From: Lingula anatina | Taxonomy: Eukaryota; Animalia; Brachiopoda | Assembly (NCBI GenBank): GCA_051362555.1 | Contig: CM120640.1 | Location: forward strand, 28,482,503-28,546,502 | DNA length: 64,000 nucleotides | Reading direction: 5' to 3' | Translations under genes and position numbers: made by a program | Notes under the pieces: model-generated | Seen by the model: the letters and a program-made list of their open reading frames with translations, nothing else | Database searches by the model: none | Told to the model about the DNA's origin: nothing | In this document: positions 13,509-28,240 of the stretch, piece after piece | Layout: each line of letters starts with the position of its first letter | Numbering within the stretch: position 1 is the stretch's first letter

Positions 13509-16120
13509 TTAGGTTGCAGGACCGTATTCCATTTCCTCGCAATCAACATCATCTTCATCTTCATCGTCATCAGAGTCAGATGTGACGTTCAGCAACTCGT
13601 CACTGTCCACGTCATTAGTTGACGTCACAAGACTAGCGCTGCCAGGGAGCGGATATTTTTGAGTCTCCCCAGAGGAAGACAGACAGTTCACAGCCAATGT
13701 CCTGTCCGTGATTTGTTCTTCTGATGTTGGAGAAGGTAATGATTTATCTTGTAATTTGTCACTGACGTCACTCAAGTCTGGGTTCGGGTTGTTTCGTGTT
13801 GGAATGGTCGCCTCTCGGGTCCCCCCTGCTGACATCAGTTCGCGCTCCTTGGAATTTCTCCATTTCATTCTTCGGTTTTGAAACCAGATTTTTACCTGTA
13901 AAAAGGAAGATAACGCCGAGGATAAAATATATTTGTATTTTTTCAGCTTACCATGTATATCGGATAATGAAAGCTATCACTGGAGTACGAATAAAACATA
14001 CGTTTAGAACGCGACCTACGATAATTTGACTCAAAAGCTCTTTTTGGTTGGGAAACAATGAGTGCGCGTTTAATAAACTAAATATAAGGGCGGAATTTTC
14101 CAATTATGCCGATAAATGTGCCCCTATGTAATTAAGGTGGTTACAATCACTTCACGATAATTTTCCGTGTACAAGATGTAGCACTTAATGCGTTTAAGAA
14201 AGTAGTCCAGGTATTTTCTCTCCACTTAATTTCGAAATCCACATTGCAACTAAAATATTTTTACTTTTATTCTTTTATTACATTTTCTTTCTGAAAAAAA
14301 GGGGTTTTCCCCCGTTTACTTTAAAAGAATCTGAAAAACAGAAGACGTGCAAGTCACCTGTGAATCTTTCAGTCCCAACTTCGCTGCCAGTTTCTTCCGA
14401 TCCGGTTTACTGATGTATTTTTGTTTCTGGAACATCTTCTCCAACCCCTTCCGCTGCGCATCCGAGAACACCGCTCTCCGCAACATCCCTCGTCGGGGCT
14501 TGCCTCGCATCCCCTGCAGTATGGACAGTGCATTCGGCAAAGGCAACATCCCTCCTACAATAAAAGAAAAAAAAGGTATTAAGTAACAGAACTAATACTT
14601 CAAATCACAAAAACTAACTGACAATTGGTTTCAATGCAAGTGTTTTCTTTTTCATTGACAATATGTTTAAAAAACCTACATAGTGACATTCGACTATACT
14701 AACAAAACTACGCTTTATTTAACGAAAAATAAATTAAAAAATTATTTTGTTAAAAGACAAAACTATAAAGATTTTGAAAGGCATTCTTTTTAAATATATT
14801 CATGGATTTGGTCTCACTAGCTGCGGATTACGTTTTATATAACTTGGTGTTGTACAATTTTGCTTAGTAAATGAGACGGGTTTTTTTTTTTTGTAAATTA
14901 TAAGCTCTTACTGTACACTTTATAATCACGATGTATTCATGTTTTAAACTCCCACAAGGACACGTTAGAATTACCCACCGAATCGACACGTGACAACATC
15001 GATCAAATAGGAATTATCTGTCAGATGAGATTGACGTTCCACATGACCAAAACATGTGGGTCAAAACTAAAACAACCCTTGTGCCGCCTGTCCACTGAGA
15101 CTGCATGCCAATTAAAATTTTAATTTCTATGAAAAAAAAAGAGCGAAATAACCCTTATGAATTAACAATGAATAATTTGGTTTCTTCCGCGAGACGGTGG
15201 TATAAGCCACGGTGTAATTAAATAACACTGAAGTAATGAGTCTCAGCCTATCTTTTGTCTTCGAGCATTTTTTTTTACATTAATGTTCAGAAAAGATTGC
15301 AGCTAAGCTTCATATGAACAGGTGTAATTTACATGTATACAGGTTCTTTGAAGAGCAGTTATTGACCAGAGGTGTTCATGATAACACATGACAGGGAAAT
15401 GTGTCTATATTGAGTCAGTTTGGTCAGGGGTATATCTTCAAGAAGTAAACTGTAAATTTGCTGGAACGCCCTTCCCCCCTCTAGCCTTGTCCCCGTCGCA
15501 TATCTTCCTTTGTTATTCTAAAACACCTATTTGACACTTACGTCTGGTGTAGTACACTTATTTTTTTAGAAATCTATCAAAAATTTACATTAATTAAGAA
15601 AAATCAGGAAAAAATTCTGTTGCATGTGGACTGAGCAAACCTTAGTCCGTAGATTGGGGGTGGAGAGGGTATTTGAAACCAAAATGCTCCCTCTTTATTG
15701 TCTTTTCGTTTAAAAAATTAATAAAAGCTTCTTTTTCATGCAGAATTTTGACAATTTTGTTTCGTCCCATAAACTTTTATTGGATGCAATAAATATTCGG
15801 TCGTGAATCATACCTGTCCGAATGACAGGCCTCCCCTGAGTTGCGCGTAATGTCATCTAATGCACATTTTAATATCACTGAGTAGGCTTAAATATCCGGA
15901 TTTTACTTTAATTACCTGTTAAATCACTATCATTTTCGAACGCTTGCTGACATTAACATAAGTTATTGGCCAACTCGGTGTTGAAATTTTTTCACGCACC
16001 ACAGACACGCTTCTGTAACACTTCCTTACCATTAAAATTGAAAACGATGGTGTAATATAGTGATTATGTCCGCCTCTGTCAATTAAAACCTGTTCGGGTA
16101 ACGCATTTATCCAGAATCTC

Positions 16121-16158
<38 letters not shown>

Positions 16159-17655
16159 AAATTACACAAACTAAATCCCTTTTTTATTTTCAGGATGAAA
16201 TATATCTAGCTCCCTTAATTACAGTTTCTCAAAATGAACAGGTAAAAATACAACAAACTTACCGGACAGATATGGATTCTTGAGGAAGATTGGCGGCGAG
16301 GGGTGTGGGTAGGGGTGGGGTGCGTAGTGTATGTGTCCAGCATAGGGTGTGTAGGGTAGGCTCACCGGGTAGCCACCATAGGGGGACTTGTGCTGTAAAT
16401 GCTCTGGAAGAGGGAAGAAATCTGGAGGCACTGGGTGGTAGCTGGAAAAAGCACCGTTAATGCTGGTTTTGGGTTCTGAAAGATTGAAAATAAATTCAAT
16501 TATAATCATTGTTTCTACAAAGTTTCAGTTAAAGACACCTGGATGAGGACAGGTTCATACTTGCTTCTGTGTTTTCAGAAGATAATTGCATGGATATGTT
16601 TAGGAAGGAAAAATATAGGGTAATAGAATAAAACAATTCTATTAAAATTCGAATAATCATGAAAAAGAAACTACCGGAACATTTGATTTATTAAAACAGA
16701 TACATTATAAATGAGGGGAAATGTTCCCTTAAGGATCCTTAAGAGCTTTTGTACCGACCCCTTTGGCCTGTTATTTGAAAATTGAAAAAAATGAAAGAAG
16801 AACTCAACGCCTGACATTTAAAATAAAATCACTTCTGATACTCCGAAGCCCTTGAAATATATTCAAAATATACACTGATAGGGGTTTATAACATTGAACT
16901 ATATTTCAAAACTACGTTTGCATGCGAGTCGTATAAGACAGCAAATACGGAGAAATAGTTTATCATAAATTCAAGCAATTCACTTTATCCACAGGTAATG
17001 TTTGCGGTGTCACCTTGAAACCGCAAATAATTGATTCTGGTTATTATTTTTTTAATGACTAAATGTAGCAAAAATTTAGCTTACCTTTTGCTTTCGAAGG
17101 AAGAGACAAAATTGCGTTCACTCCAAATTTCAAACGCGTATTATCATTGGCACTGTTAACATGTTTGCTGCTGCTACTGCTAGCATCGCGATCATTGCTG
17201 CCATTGTTATTGTTATTGCTAAGAGCTCGACTATTGCTACACTCCCTGTCTGTGTTGTGTCTCATACGCGCACTGTCACCGTGTGCGACCTGGGATTGTG
17301 TTTTTTCCTCCTGCTGTACATCTTTACCTTGTGTCTTCAAACTGGCAGGGGACTGATGAAGTGGTCTGGGAGAAAGGTTACAGCTCAGTTTGTCTGCGTA
17401 CATGTGGTAGCCGCGATCGAGTTGGGGTATAGAATAAATGCGGTCGTGTACGCTCACCGTTGTCACAGGTGGAGAGCGTATGACCCCGTACGGTCCCTGG
17501 GGAGGGGTTCTCTGGGCTCCTAGAAGGTTATCCACCAGGAAAGAGGATGACAGACCTCCTGAATAAGGTTGTCCAGCCGGCGGCGAACTTGCCGGCTTGA
17601 CCAAGATGCTATTTTGGAACATCGTCCCTGACGGAGCCACAATGGCAGGAAACAT
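13509..17655 (-). CDS. Dbx: Dbx (developing brain homeobox), ANTP class; exons 17655-17085, 16475-16263, 14554-14358, 13895-13509 (about 455 aa)
   Basis: Diagnostic RGKPRRGMLRRAVFSDAQRKGLEKMFQKQKYISKPDRKKLAAKLGLKDSQ|VKIWFQNRRMKWRNSKERELMSAGGTREATIPTRNNPNPDLSDV. Two eh1-like motifs (SFLVDNLL, LKFGVNAILS) and an acidic C-terminus. Canonical splice sites with phases 1,1,0. Confidence 0.96.
16118..16158. repeat. (TC)n microsatellite in Dbx intron 2
   Basis: Directly visible. Confidence 0.9.
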
Positions 17656-17787
17656 TATCGCCGATGTTTTTCTTTCCTTGGTATACACTTATCGTTCAGC
17701 ACATTCGATTGAATCCTGAAACGTACACTAAACTCCCTTCTTTTTGTGAGTTTAAACGACAGCGCTGCTCCTTGCAATAGTGTTGGA

Positions 17788-17872
17788 TCATATATAGGGT
17801 GGGCGGCCCTCTGTCAGAGCGCACACCGAGATTTAACAAAAGCGCTGAGCCGCTGCCTGCATCTGATTGGCT
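17788..17872 (-). promoter_or_regulatory. Putative Dbx core promoter: TATA-like element (about 17790-17796), GC-rich box (17797-17808) and CCAAT box (17866-17870)
   Basis: On the - strand CCAATC lies about 70 bp upstream of CCTATATAT, which lies about 135 bp upstream of the ATG; this is typical spacing. Confidence 0.5.
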
Positions 17873-20800
17873 GGCGTTCTTCAATATTTTTCTCTCACAC
17901 ATCTTATACGCCATGTCATAGGCAGTGCCAGAGCATAGGGGTGCTTGCGATAGTGATAAGAATGATGTTATGGCGGAGCTGATAGAAAAGACGTTATTCG
18001 AATTACAATCAGAAGAGTCGTGATTTGGTCTTTATTTATTTTAAAAAAGGGGACATTACAAATTTCACTAGTATTTCTCACAAAAAGGTGCAAGCTGTGT
18101 TTACCACCCGAGTAAGGATTTTAAATGTATAGGTTTGTTGTTATTTCCCCACCTGTTAAAAAGGTGAACGTACGGCCATGCACACGCTGCGCCATTCATA
18201 ACTTTCCAGCCCATGTAGTACCATAACCTAATATAGCGTTCTACTTCATTCATGATCATTTTAGTCTTAATGACAGTTTCGCCCCATACCTGCTCGCGAA
18301 CAAACAAGCACTGACATGTCAACATCACCCCTGTTTCCGCCGTCGATTCACCCGAGGTGAATTTACTATTTTTCCAGCTTGTTTTCTTTATAACGCCAGT
18401 AGTTAATGTATAACCAACGAAAGCCTATTCCACGTGTCTCTGTCTTTATGCAGACTGACAAGAATTTTCCAAAAACATAGTTCATTCCTGGCACAAGTCC
18501 TAAATTCTGCTGGAGATATCTACTATTATGATCTCTTAGTACATAGCCATTATTTACGACTAGTTTGTTCTGAAGCTACACAATTCTTGGTCGATTTTGT
18601 TGGCATTAAATATCAGTTTGAACAATGTCGGAAGAGTATTTGTTTCTATAATAATGATATTTATTTGTTTCGTGACATTTGCATCAGGTCACATGACTAC
18701 AGTGATGATTTTTTGCGGGCCTAAACATAAAACCAGCCCACAAACATAATATACGAGAAATACTGGCAAATATGAAAAAGCGTGTACTATGATAAGCAAA
18801 GTTCTGTAATAATCACCCATAGAATCCGTTGGCATCAGGGAAATACTATTATTACTTTCACTTAGTTTATGTTAATTAATGTATTAATGAGCTTATTCAG
18901 TCCAGATGTTTGCCAGATTGATATTAAGGTCCTCCATATTGATATTTAGAATTTTTTCAGATTGAGCTTTGCTTTCGGCTCTTCTTTAGAAGATAACCGA
19001 AAAATTAAACTTGCAACATTTATTAAATTACTACACATTTAACCCCATTTTAATTTACATTTTACTGTTCTTCTTTCAAATAACAGGATAAAGTGATGCT
19101 AGCTTTCGCCACAGTCAACCTTAAATTGAGGCCTATAAGTTGAATCCACCGTGACTACCCATACAGACAACATTCTTAACGCGAAAGCAATAGGGATATA
19201 TACGAGTTTTTAATAACAGATAAGTTGCAACCAGCGGCTTATGAATACAAGAAAGGTGTCTTGGCGTGTCGGCGATAGTATAGTTGCCATAATGTTAATT
19301 AATGTTATCAAGTCGTATCTTTAATTAAAGTTTAACACTTTTTTTGCAATTCCAAATAATTCCGGTCTGAACTTGTACGTATAATGCGCATAACATATAT
19401 ATGAGTCGATTCCGAGTACCACTTTATATATAATTGAGTGTTAAAGGTATTTTTTTCTTTCAGCAATTTATCATCTAACATTTATCAGTTTTAAGTTTCT
19501 GTTTTTTGTTTCAGATATTTATGTTCGGTGTCCTCTACCTGTATATCATTTCTTTAACTCAAACAGAAAGAAATTTTGTTTCATGGAGCGTGATATCGCC
19601 AAAGTATTTGATAAGAGAAGTAGGCATCAAATTACATAATCTGTTCCCTCAAATATACTAAGGGATGTGCACCGCGGGTATATTAAATGTGAATTACAAA
19701 GAACAGATTTGAGCTTACTACATATACGTCTATAATTTTGATTTAAAAAAGAATAACAGACATGATTAAAAGACACTTCAAGGCTGCTGATCGTTATTTC
19801 AACTGATAGCTTAGAAAAAAATCGTCTCACAATTTTACAGACATCCAAACTGTGAAAACATTACCCTTCAGTTTGAATACTAGTTCGGTTGTTTCAGTTA
19901 CATTCGCTTATAATTTTATAAAATCGTACATGTACCAAGAAAGGTGGAATGCCCACACAAAAAGTGCTATATTATAACAAATAATGAAAATTAGCCGACT
20001 ATTTTGCCGCAGGTTAAAAGACTGAAATGAATTTATCATTCGTCTGAAAAAATCTGTACAGGATATAGATATGATTTTAGTAAAAAAAAAAAAAAAAAAA
20101 GAACTGATTCGACCGTTTCAAGAAACTGGGATATTTTGTTTTACTTTTCGTCATTTTAATGATTTAGTTAAAAACTTAATAAAAAATGATATTTTTTAGA
20201 TTCTACATACTTAAATTCATTAGATTATCCCGAGATATAAATTGCAAACAAAATTCAATATCTTAAACGGTTCGATTTTACAGGAAGCAATGTTTTCGAG
20301 ATATGAAAATAAATGCACATATGTTCTCACTTTTGGAATGGTACGAAGACGTGCCACGAGCCCGTAATTAAAACGTCCCCATAAGACAATGCACGGCGGG
20401 GATCACTCCGAAATTGGAGGATGTTTTTTTTAGGAGCCGCAAAACCATTTGTTTTGCTGCTCTAAAACGACGACCACCTGTCTTCGGGGGAGTTGAAACA
20501 GCAGGTTTCGTGAAAGAAACATTTGGCTTAATGGCCATTTCTCCTCTATATGCGCTGGTCTCAACTTTCACCGGACCATGCGAAATTACTAAATGATGAA
20601 GTTTATTTGATGATCTATTCATCGTAAACAGATTGCGTCTATTTACTTTTGAATTTCTTATGGGTCCTTGATGACCACATTACGCCCCCCGTATAGGACT
20701 GCACTCTTTTACCGCTGTCATGTGTGGGTGTGAGGATTTGGAGAACCCCCGAGATTTCTCTCTTGTTTGTATATTTCATCTTATAAGTGTGTTTATTTCA

Positions 20801-21764
20801 CCCACTTTTACAGTAAGAAATGAACTTCTCATTTATGATAATAAATTCTGCATTTGTGATAATAACATTTCTATCAATTTTGATTTTAAATCGTTATTTC
20901 AAATCGAACTAAAATATAGCACATGAACTGATTTGCAAGATCTTTCGTATAAACAGGCACTGAATAGGTTGCTAGATTTTTTAATTTTTAGTGCAATGAT
21001 TATTAATTAACACAAGTGTATTAACAACATTGGCACATTCATTGATCATGAGACTAGAACGGATGAACAGAGATAATTTCTTTCTCTCTCTTCTAATTGA
21101 AAATTGACCTTTCTAAATAGTTGCCTTGCGCCTCTGGACATCCTTTCGTGAGACATTTCATCCACATTAATGTTTCATTAAAACTGTCTCCTCTTTTTTT
21201 TCACCAATACCCAGTATGATTGATGGACAATATAATAGTTATAAAGAAATTTGACAAAGACCTTTGTCGATATTTTTTCATTTCTAAATTAGATAGATAT
21301 CAGACAATATGTTTATTTTAAAATAAAAAGCTCAGAGATGCTAATGTTTTTGTCTGTTCGCTGCTCGTAATTTTGTCTGCTTATAACACTCTTAGAGTGG
21401 GACTCGAAATCAACCATAAGCACCAGAGAAAATATGAATAATTGAATAGATTTCTTAATGACTGAATGGATGAATAATGAAACCCTGAATAAATGGACAA
21501 AAAGATTGTGTATAATCACACAAAGATGAGTGACATTTTGCCAAACAAATAAATTAAGACACATGGCAATAAGAAGATAACAAAAGAAGACTGTCAAACG
21601 ATAACGAATTACTTCTATAAATCGCACTTTTTGAATAATGTTTTATAATGAAATTTTAAGCCAATGGAACAATTGAAATGATGCTGGTGACTGTGTATAT
21701 AGTGATAGTGAATATATAGTGAAGTTTTTATAAAGCATGCAGAACAATTAGTGGCTCTCTCCTT

Positions 21765-21786
21765 CTCTATCTCTCTCTCTATCACG

Positions 21787-21825
<39 letters not shown>
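21765..21825. repeat. (TC)n-(CA)n compound microsatellite
   Basis: Directly visible. Confidence 0.9.
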
Positions 21826-21829
<4 letters not shown>

Positions 21830-23261
21830 ACATATTGACTTCATTCTCTTTGGTATGAACCTCAAATGCAACGGCAGCCCACGTGGGGGATCCTGGCATG
21901 TGGGTGGCGGCTGACATGAAATCACCAATAATTTGGCTTCTACAAGGTTTTTGCTCTGCAGGGGCCTTAGAGAGTCGAGTCAGTGAAAAGTGCTAATGTG
22001 AGCCGTGTCTTGTGATCGCGTAAATTATATTTTTCCTTTTAGGGTGCAATTCTCCGCTGCTGTCTTTAGAAACTTTGTGACACTGAACGTTTTTTCGAGA
22101 AGTAATGCTTTGTTTGTCACTTTAATTTTTCGCGCCTCAGTGCTCGCCACTGGTCACTAGTTTATGCGAATGAAGATCACGCGTCTAATATCTTTAAATG
22201 CCTTTTAATTGTAAGCTCTATCCGCTATAAATACCGGCAAATGTGTCGTGTGAGAGCTAATTTGGCTCTTTGGTGTAATTGAATGTTCTCTGCGCCTGTT
22301 TTCGTATTCATTACGCCGGTCTATTCCTTAGTGCCATGTCTCTTAAAAGTGAAATCGTGGCATAATAACTCGATTACAGACTGTTATTTGCAGAATCAGT
22401 CGTAAAGAGTCTGTAATTGGCTGGTGTAATTCTGTAAATTGAAACAATTTTATGTTCTATTTTTCTTAAATATAAAGCACAAATACTTTTTAATGAAAAT
22501 ATATTAATCATAGTCAGAGGATAGATGGAAATATGAATAAATAAGCAATACTAAAACAAAACAAAAAATCAGTTATAGTCCCCACATCTTTAATTACTGT
22601 AAGCAAAATGTTAAGCTGAGTGCCCTGGCTGTTAGTTCTCTTTAATAATTTGAATCGATTCAATCTAAAACAAACTGATCTAGTAAGCGCCGAAAAACAA
22701 TATGGGCAAATTGTCCGCATTTGCTAATACATGTATAGTAAGTGTTATGTCTTTGTTTGATAACAAAACGCCTAATTCTTTTAGGTTTGTTTAACAAAAC
22801 CTTTTAAAATTGGAATTTAGAACTCGGTCTGCTGTCTTAATCGCACAGTCTTAAATCTCCAACATTCTAAAATAAGGAAGTTTACACCAGTGTGATGGGG
22901 TAGGTGAAATGCACCTTGTTTGAATCAAATTGTCAATCTGTGCCGATGACCTTTTTTAGCTGAATCAAGTCTATATTGAGGGTTTGTCATTGTGTTCTGT
23001 AAGGGCAAAAGACAACGGAAGGACACAGAGTGTGATGGATGTGGGTAACACAATGAAGACACTATTAGGCCAACAGAACAGATTATGATCTTTGTCAAGG
23101 AAAAATAATAAATTATATATGAAAACGCACATCAGGCTTAGAAATAGTACAATGGAAAGGGTCATGAAAAGCAGAAAGTGTCTGCACTAAATAAAGACTT
23201 CACACTGTACTAACGTCTTTGCACCTAAAAAAGAGGAAGGAATTTACATTAATGTTTGAGG

Positions 23262-23266
23262 TGTGT

Positions 23267-23297
<31 letters not shown>

Positions 23298-23301
23298 GGG
23301 G
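23262..23301. repeat. (GT)n followed by a poly-G tract
   Basis: Directly visible. Confidence 0.9.
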
Positions 23302-26300
23302 TTCGAGGTGATGAGTACATCGGAGAAAATGTCAGGGAGAAGTTCTTTAATTCTGTTAAATTTCAATTTTCTCCCCTTCTTTGCCCGTCTATCTGTTTTC
23401 CTTCTTTCTTTCCCCCTTCTACAATGTTGGCATTATTTTTTGCATAAATCAATCATTTATTTGATGTTGCTGTTTTTTTCTTTGCTTGATTCTTCCCAAT
23501 GATCTTGGCAAAATGCTGTGGTAACCACGAAAGGAGGGAATACATCGGTAACGATACCAGGAATATGCTAGCTCGGTTCAAAGGAACCTCGTGGTATCGG
23601 CGCAATGTTGCGCATTACTATTGTTTAACGGACCGGTGCATTTTGTTAGCCCTTTCGGAACAAGTTTTCTAACATCTACCTTAAAAATAAAATCCCTTAA
23701 TATATGTGTAATACATTTACATCAAAACCAAACACCTCTCAATCTTGTTGGGGTTTCTATGAATGCGTCTGTCTTAACAATGTATACGGGCAATCAACTC
23801 CGCTGAACAACCCACAAACTCAAGTGTAAATAATGAGAACTTAATACGAAGTTAAACATTTTAAGGACAATAGAAAAGCAATTTTACCTTACTGCCACTT
23901 ATTCATAAAGCTATTCCTGGTAATCAAGAGAGAACAGGCCTGCGGAGTTAAATACGTTGGCCAGGTGAGTGTCATGACACAGTAAGGACAAGATGGGGCC
24001 TTAACACTGCGCTTCTTTTCAACTCTATTAAACACTATTAATAAGCACTAGGAAGGGTCTATTACTTCTGACCTGAGCTGTGTGACACAGAATGAAAAAC
24101 GACACCTATTCAGTTATGAAATCAACCGTGCTTAGACCAAATCAGTGCAAGGCTTTAGATCATGGAAAAAATCTTCTTTTGGTGTTATTATTTTTTGACA
24201 AATAAACAAAACGAACAGCATTAGAATTATAATTCCGTTATGCAGATTTAGACAGCGTGAGTGTCGCACGACTGTGGGCACAGGTTTTGTTGTCGCTTTA
24301 AACTTTGATGCCCCCATGAATAATATATGTTGGGCATGAATTATTCGGTGAACTCGGTTCGTGAGAATTTTTTACACACGAGGGACAGACAATCTGTGTT
24401 TTATTCGGCTTGATCAGAATATGCTAACACGAACTGAGGCCTTTGTATATTAGCCTCTTTTGACCAAGAACTCCGAACCCTGTGATTACGCCACAGCTGA
24501 TGAGACAGGGATATGTTTTATGGCTGTTTATATATTTTTCTTTGCCTTGAAAGGGTCGCTTTTCAATTAAAGATTTTTCAGAGGAGTATTTCAAATGAAA
24601 ATGGTCTTTTTTATTCCAGACGACGACAAAAGCCACGCTACTGATGGAAATCAGGCCAGCTTGTCTCTTTTCTGCTAAAACAGACGGCTAGGGAGAAAGG
24701 GAGCATTCATACTCCCCTGTGTTCATGCACAACGCGCTCTTTATTGCCTCCATTAGTGAAGATTAAGCTGACAGGTGCTATTTGCGACTGCGCAGACAAT
24801 GGCGCGCTAAAAAGTTTGAGATTTAAAGTTGAAGACTGAACTATAGTTCGCACACCGCAAGGCGTAATCTACGCGTCGTCTGCGTTTTAAGTGTGATTAA
24901 GACTTTTTTATTTTCTGTAATCAAAGCTGTCTGTGCACTGAATCATCCCAATGTTGATTCGGCGGCTCATTAATCACTCAAAAAGTTTCTTTTTTCCACA
25001 GACCAGACGATCGTGCACACGCTTTCAGTCAAAGAAAATGTGTTCCTAAAAACACTTAGACGATCAAAATTGCGACCTGTACTTGCCTAAAAGGTGAATT
25101 CATTCAATTTTACATAATGAACAAAGAACAATTTGGTTAGGATCTTTTGTTGCTCATTTAAAATATGTCTGTTCGCCGCGTGTACTTTTCACATCTGCCG
25201 TTCAGCAACAAGAGGGAGACGAGCTGAACAGCAGACATTATACCTTACGCATCAATCAGCCTTCGTCAAGCCTTAATTTGCACTTAAATACTTTAATATG
25301 TTTTAGATAGATGTGCAGGGCGTCTCATTACGAGGTGTTTGATAAACACTGTGGTTTTCTGTTAATTAGAAAGGCGGGAAGCTGAACTTGTAAGAATGGG
25401 GTCTGTCAGAGAAGCCGTGCCTCGCTCGCAATTTGGAAAAGACACCGTCTCCCTGGCCAGGTGCAAGGAGAGAACTATACAATTTTCTAGCGCTCAAATA
25501 GTAATTTCAGAGAATTTTCCCAAACAACAGATTGTATTGTTCCCATTGAGTCTGCAACTGATAACAAGAGAACACCAGATGAGAAACCACGACTCCGACG
25601 GTTGTTAAGCGCCTTCTTGGGTGAGCGGCTTGCTCCCAGAGATCGTGCGGACCCTGCCGCGCCGACTAATTGAATCCAAGATTCGGTTATTCTTTCAATA
25701 AACTGTGGAGACAAATTTCCCAAAGTTGTTATTAAAATGATTAACAGAAATTCGTCAGTTTTTTTCTGGGCACAATGTACACGCAAACAAGGCAGTCAAA
25801 AACCGCAGGTGCTTCCCAGAGATCGTTTACTGATTAAAACAACAGCGAAAAAAGCCGATGCGTTCGTTAGAAAGACACTAAATCGATTAAACTTCATCAA
25901 CAGTTGTCATTCACCCTCTTTGGAAACGAGCAGGCTTTTGCGAAATTTGTAACATCATTATATCAGAGGGATTGCATAATAAGAGGAGCGGAGCTTTTTT
26001 TCCGAAATATGTCATATATTTCTGAAAACAGATGTCTCATGACTTGAAGTAACGCTGTACACGTCTAAAAGTTGGCACTTTTCCTCACTGAGACACAAAG
26101 AGTTAATCAAATCCGTTCTCTATTTACTCCTTCTTATCTTTAGAATAAAATCAGTTTTGGTACATTTTTAGGCGGTTTAAGTAAAAATTGACGAAAAGCT
26201 GAATTCAAGTTTCCTCAAGGAAAGTAAGAAGAGGTCAAATTAAAATGAAAATCATTGGACAATGGACCGATACTAAACTTATGTCTTCGGCGTATCGGTT

Positions 26301-26579
26301 TTTTTGTTTTTTAAAATTCGCCAACGCAAATGTGTCTGGTTTTCCCGCCAAAATAAATATGATAGCTTTTACTGGACAGAGCCGGGTCTGACTTTCCGAC
26401 ATATCACAGCACGATCAAAATAGAAAAAGTAAAATAACGAAATACGAATCAAAGGATAGAAAATATGAGAAATAAAACCAATTGAAAAGATCTTGTACAG
26501 ACCTGAGAAGGACCGAGGTGAAAAGTGTAATATGTAAATGTTTAGCACAAGCGTTAAGTCCATGCTTTATAGCGAAATA

Positions 26580-26862
26580 GGATTCATTTGTGAGGCGACT
26601 CCAAGACAACATTCGATTCCAGGAGCGACAAAAGCGCACGTGAGTACACGTGGTTGTCATCGACCTCTGGTGAGGACATTGCTGGCATGTGTTTGGCCAT
26701 CAAACCCATCAGAGGTCTACATGCAGTGCGTGGTAGTTCAGTTAATCCCTGTGGTTGGTATTGATAATTACAGTTTGTAGATCGTGGGAGCTGCTGGGCC
26801 GCTCTAAGATGAGGATTTCTGCAAGCAAGCACTTTGAGTCTGCACGGAAAGTTGCTTGAAAA
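26580..26862 (+). mobile_element. Probable degenerate tRNA-derived SINE
   Basis: GC-richer island containing a B-box-like ATTCGATTCC (26611-26620), followed by a body and a 3' end resembling SINE/LINE tails (aagcactttgag). Family not verified. Confidence 0.35.
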
Positions 26863-28212
26863 GCAAAAAAGCCCTCTACTTTTTCTCGTTACAGAAAATT
26901 GAAAAAAAAATCATTGTTTCCCCGTCTTGATCCATTTTCTTATATTCGGGTTCAGGATCGCGGCCGAATGTAGCCGAGCCGCGGTATAAGAATGAGACAC
27001 GCCCCGAACATTTTGTGCCTCTCTCCGCCAGCCCAACCAACACCAACGACAGCAAAAAATAGACAAATAGACATCAAGACTGAGAGACAGGCCCAACCCT
27101 TATTTCACAGGATTGATTAAAGTGCCTTTCTATCGTTCTTCATGTAAATCTGCGTCATCTTGATCTAGATTATAACGAGGTTTCAGCAATTTATTTGCCT
27201 CAGTTTCCTACTGTGAATTTTTTGTCGGCGCTAATTCGGCGTTATTCGGCGTAATTTGAAACCAGTTTTAAATGAAAATTCTTTTTAAAAGGTGGCGGTA
27301 AATTGTTGGTTACATACCTCTCATACTGGTCTTTTTACTATTCCTTGCAACATATTTAAGATATTGCCTCAAAATGGCCTTAGTATAGCTAAAACGTATC
27401 ATTTTCACAGCCGCCTTAAACAATTATGCTAACCTTAAACTTCAAATCACGTAATAACTATCGCTGGTTGAACTAATATCTCCATAGTAAGTGAGTTGCC
27501 CTATTGCTGTGAATAACATATTGTGTATTTGAATTTGACATAAACAATCACGAAAAAGGCCATCCAAATCTGAGCAATTTTGAAGATTAAAAGTATTGAA
27601 TGTCTGCAAAGAATTATATTTTCCAGATTCATGATATATATGCAGGTCATGAAAAAGAGGAAGGGGTTATTGATATAGATCTACACATTATCTCCACACA
27701 ACAAGGCCTGAATTTCTGCGTTACTAGCCAAGGGTCCGCCCAAGTACTAATAGTTTGTGGTTGTCAATGGAGGGGGTTATGGTCCCCTTGAAATTCAAAA
27801 TAACTTCTGTAGACAATAGAGCGTGTTTTTGTAGCTTATGTGTGAGTCTTGAAGACTCAATTTAATTCAATTAGAGAATGAGGCGTTTGATATTCCTTGA
27901 AAAGGGGGGGGGGGGGGGCAGGGGCATTCTCTCCCATAATAAGCTTCCTAGGAAAGCCCGTATTGTCTTGAAAAATAAAATCTTCAAAAATGCCATATTT
28001 TGCCTTTTAAGCAGTGGTTATATAAATGCTTCCACGTTTTGATCCTGAACAATGCTGATGCGTCTTCAAATCTGCTTGTAAGTCAATACAATGCCCTCAG
28101 AGAACAACAGCGTCTCAACTAACGCACTCGGTCAATCATTACTTATTTCACTACTCCAGAATGGAATGCAGAAAACACAAAAAGCCTGAGAGATTTAATA
28201 ACGTACGATATA

Positions 28213-28240
28213 ATAAATAAATAAATAAATAAATAAATAA
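28213..28240. repeat. (AATA)n microsatellite
   Basis: Directly visible. Confidence 0.85.
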
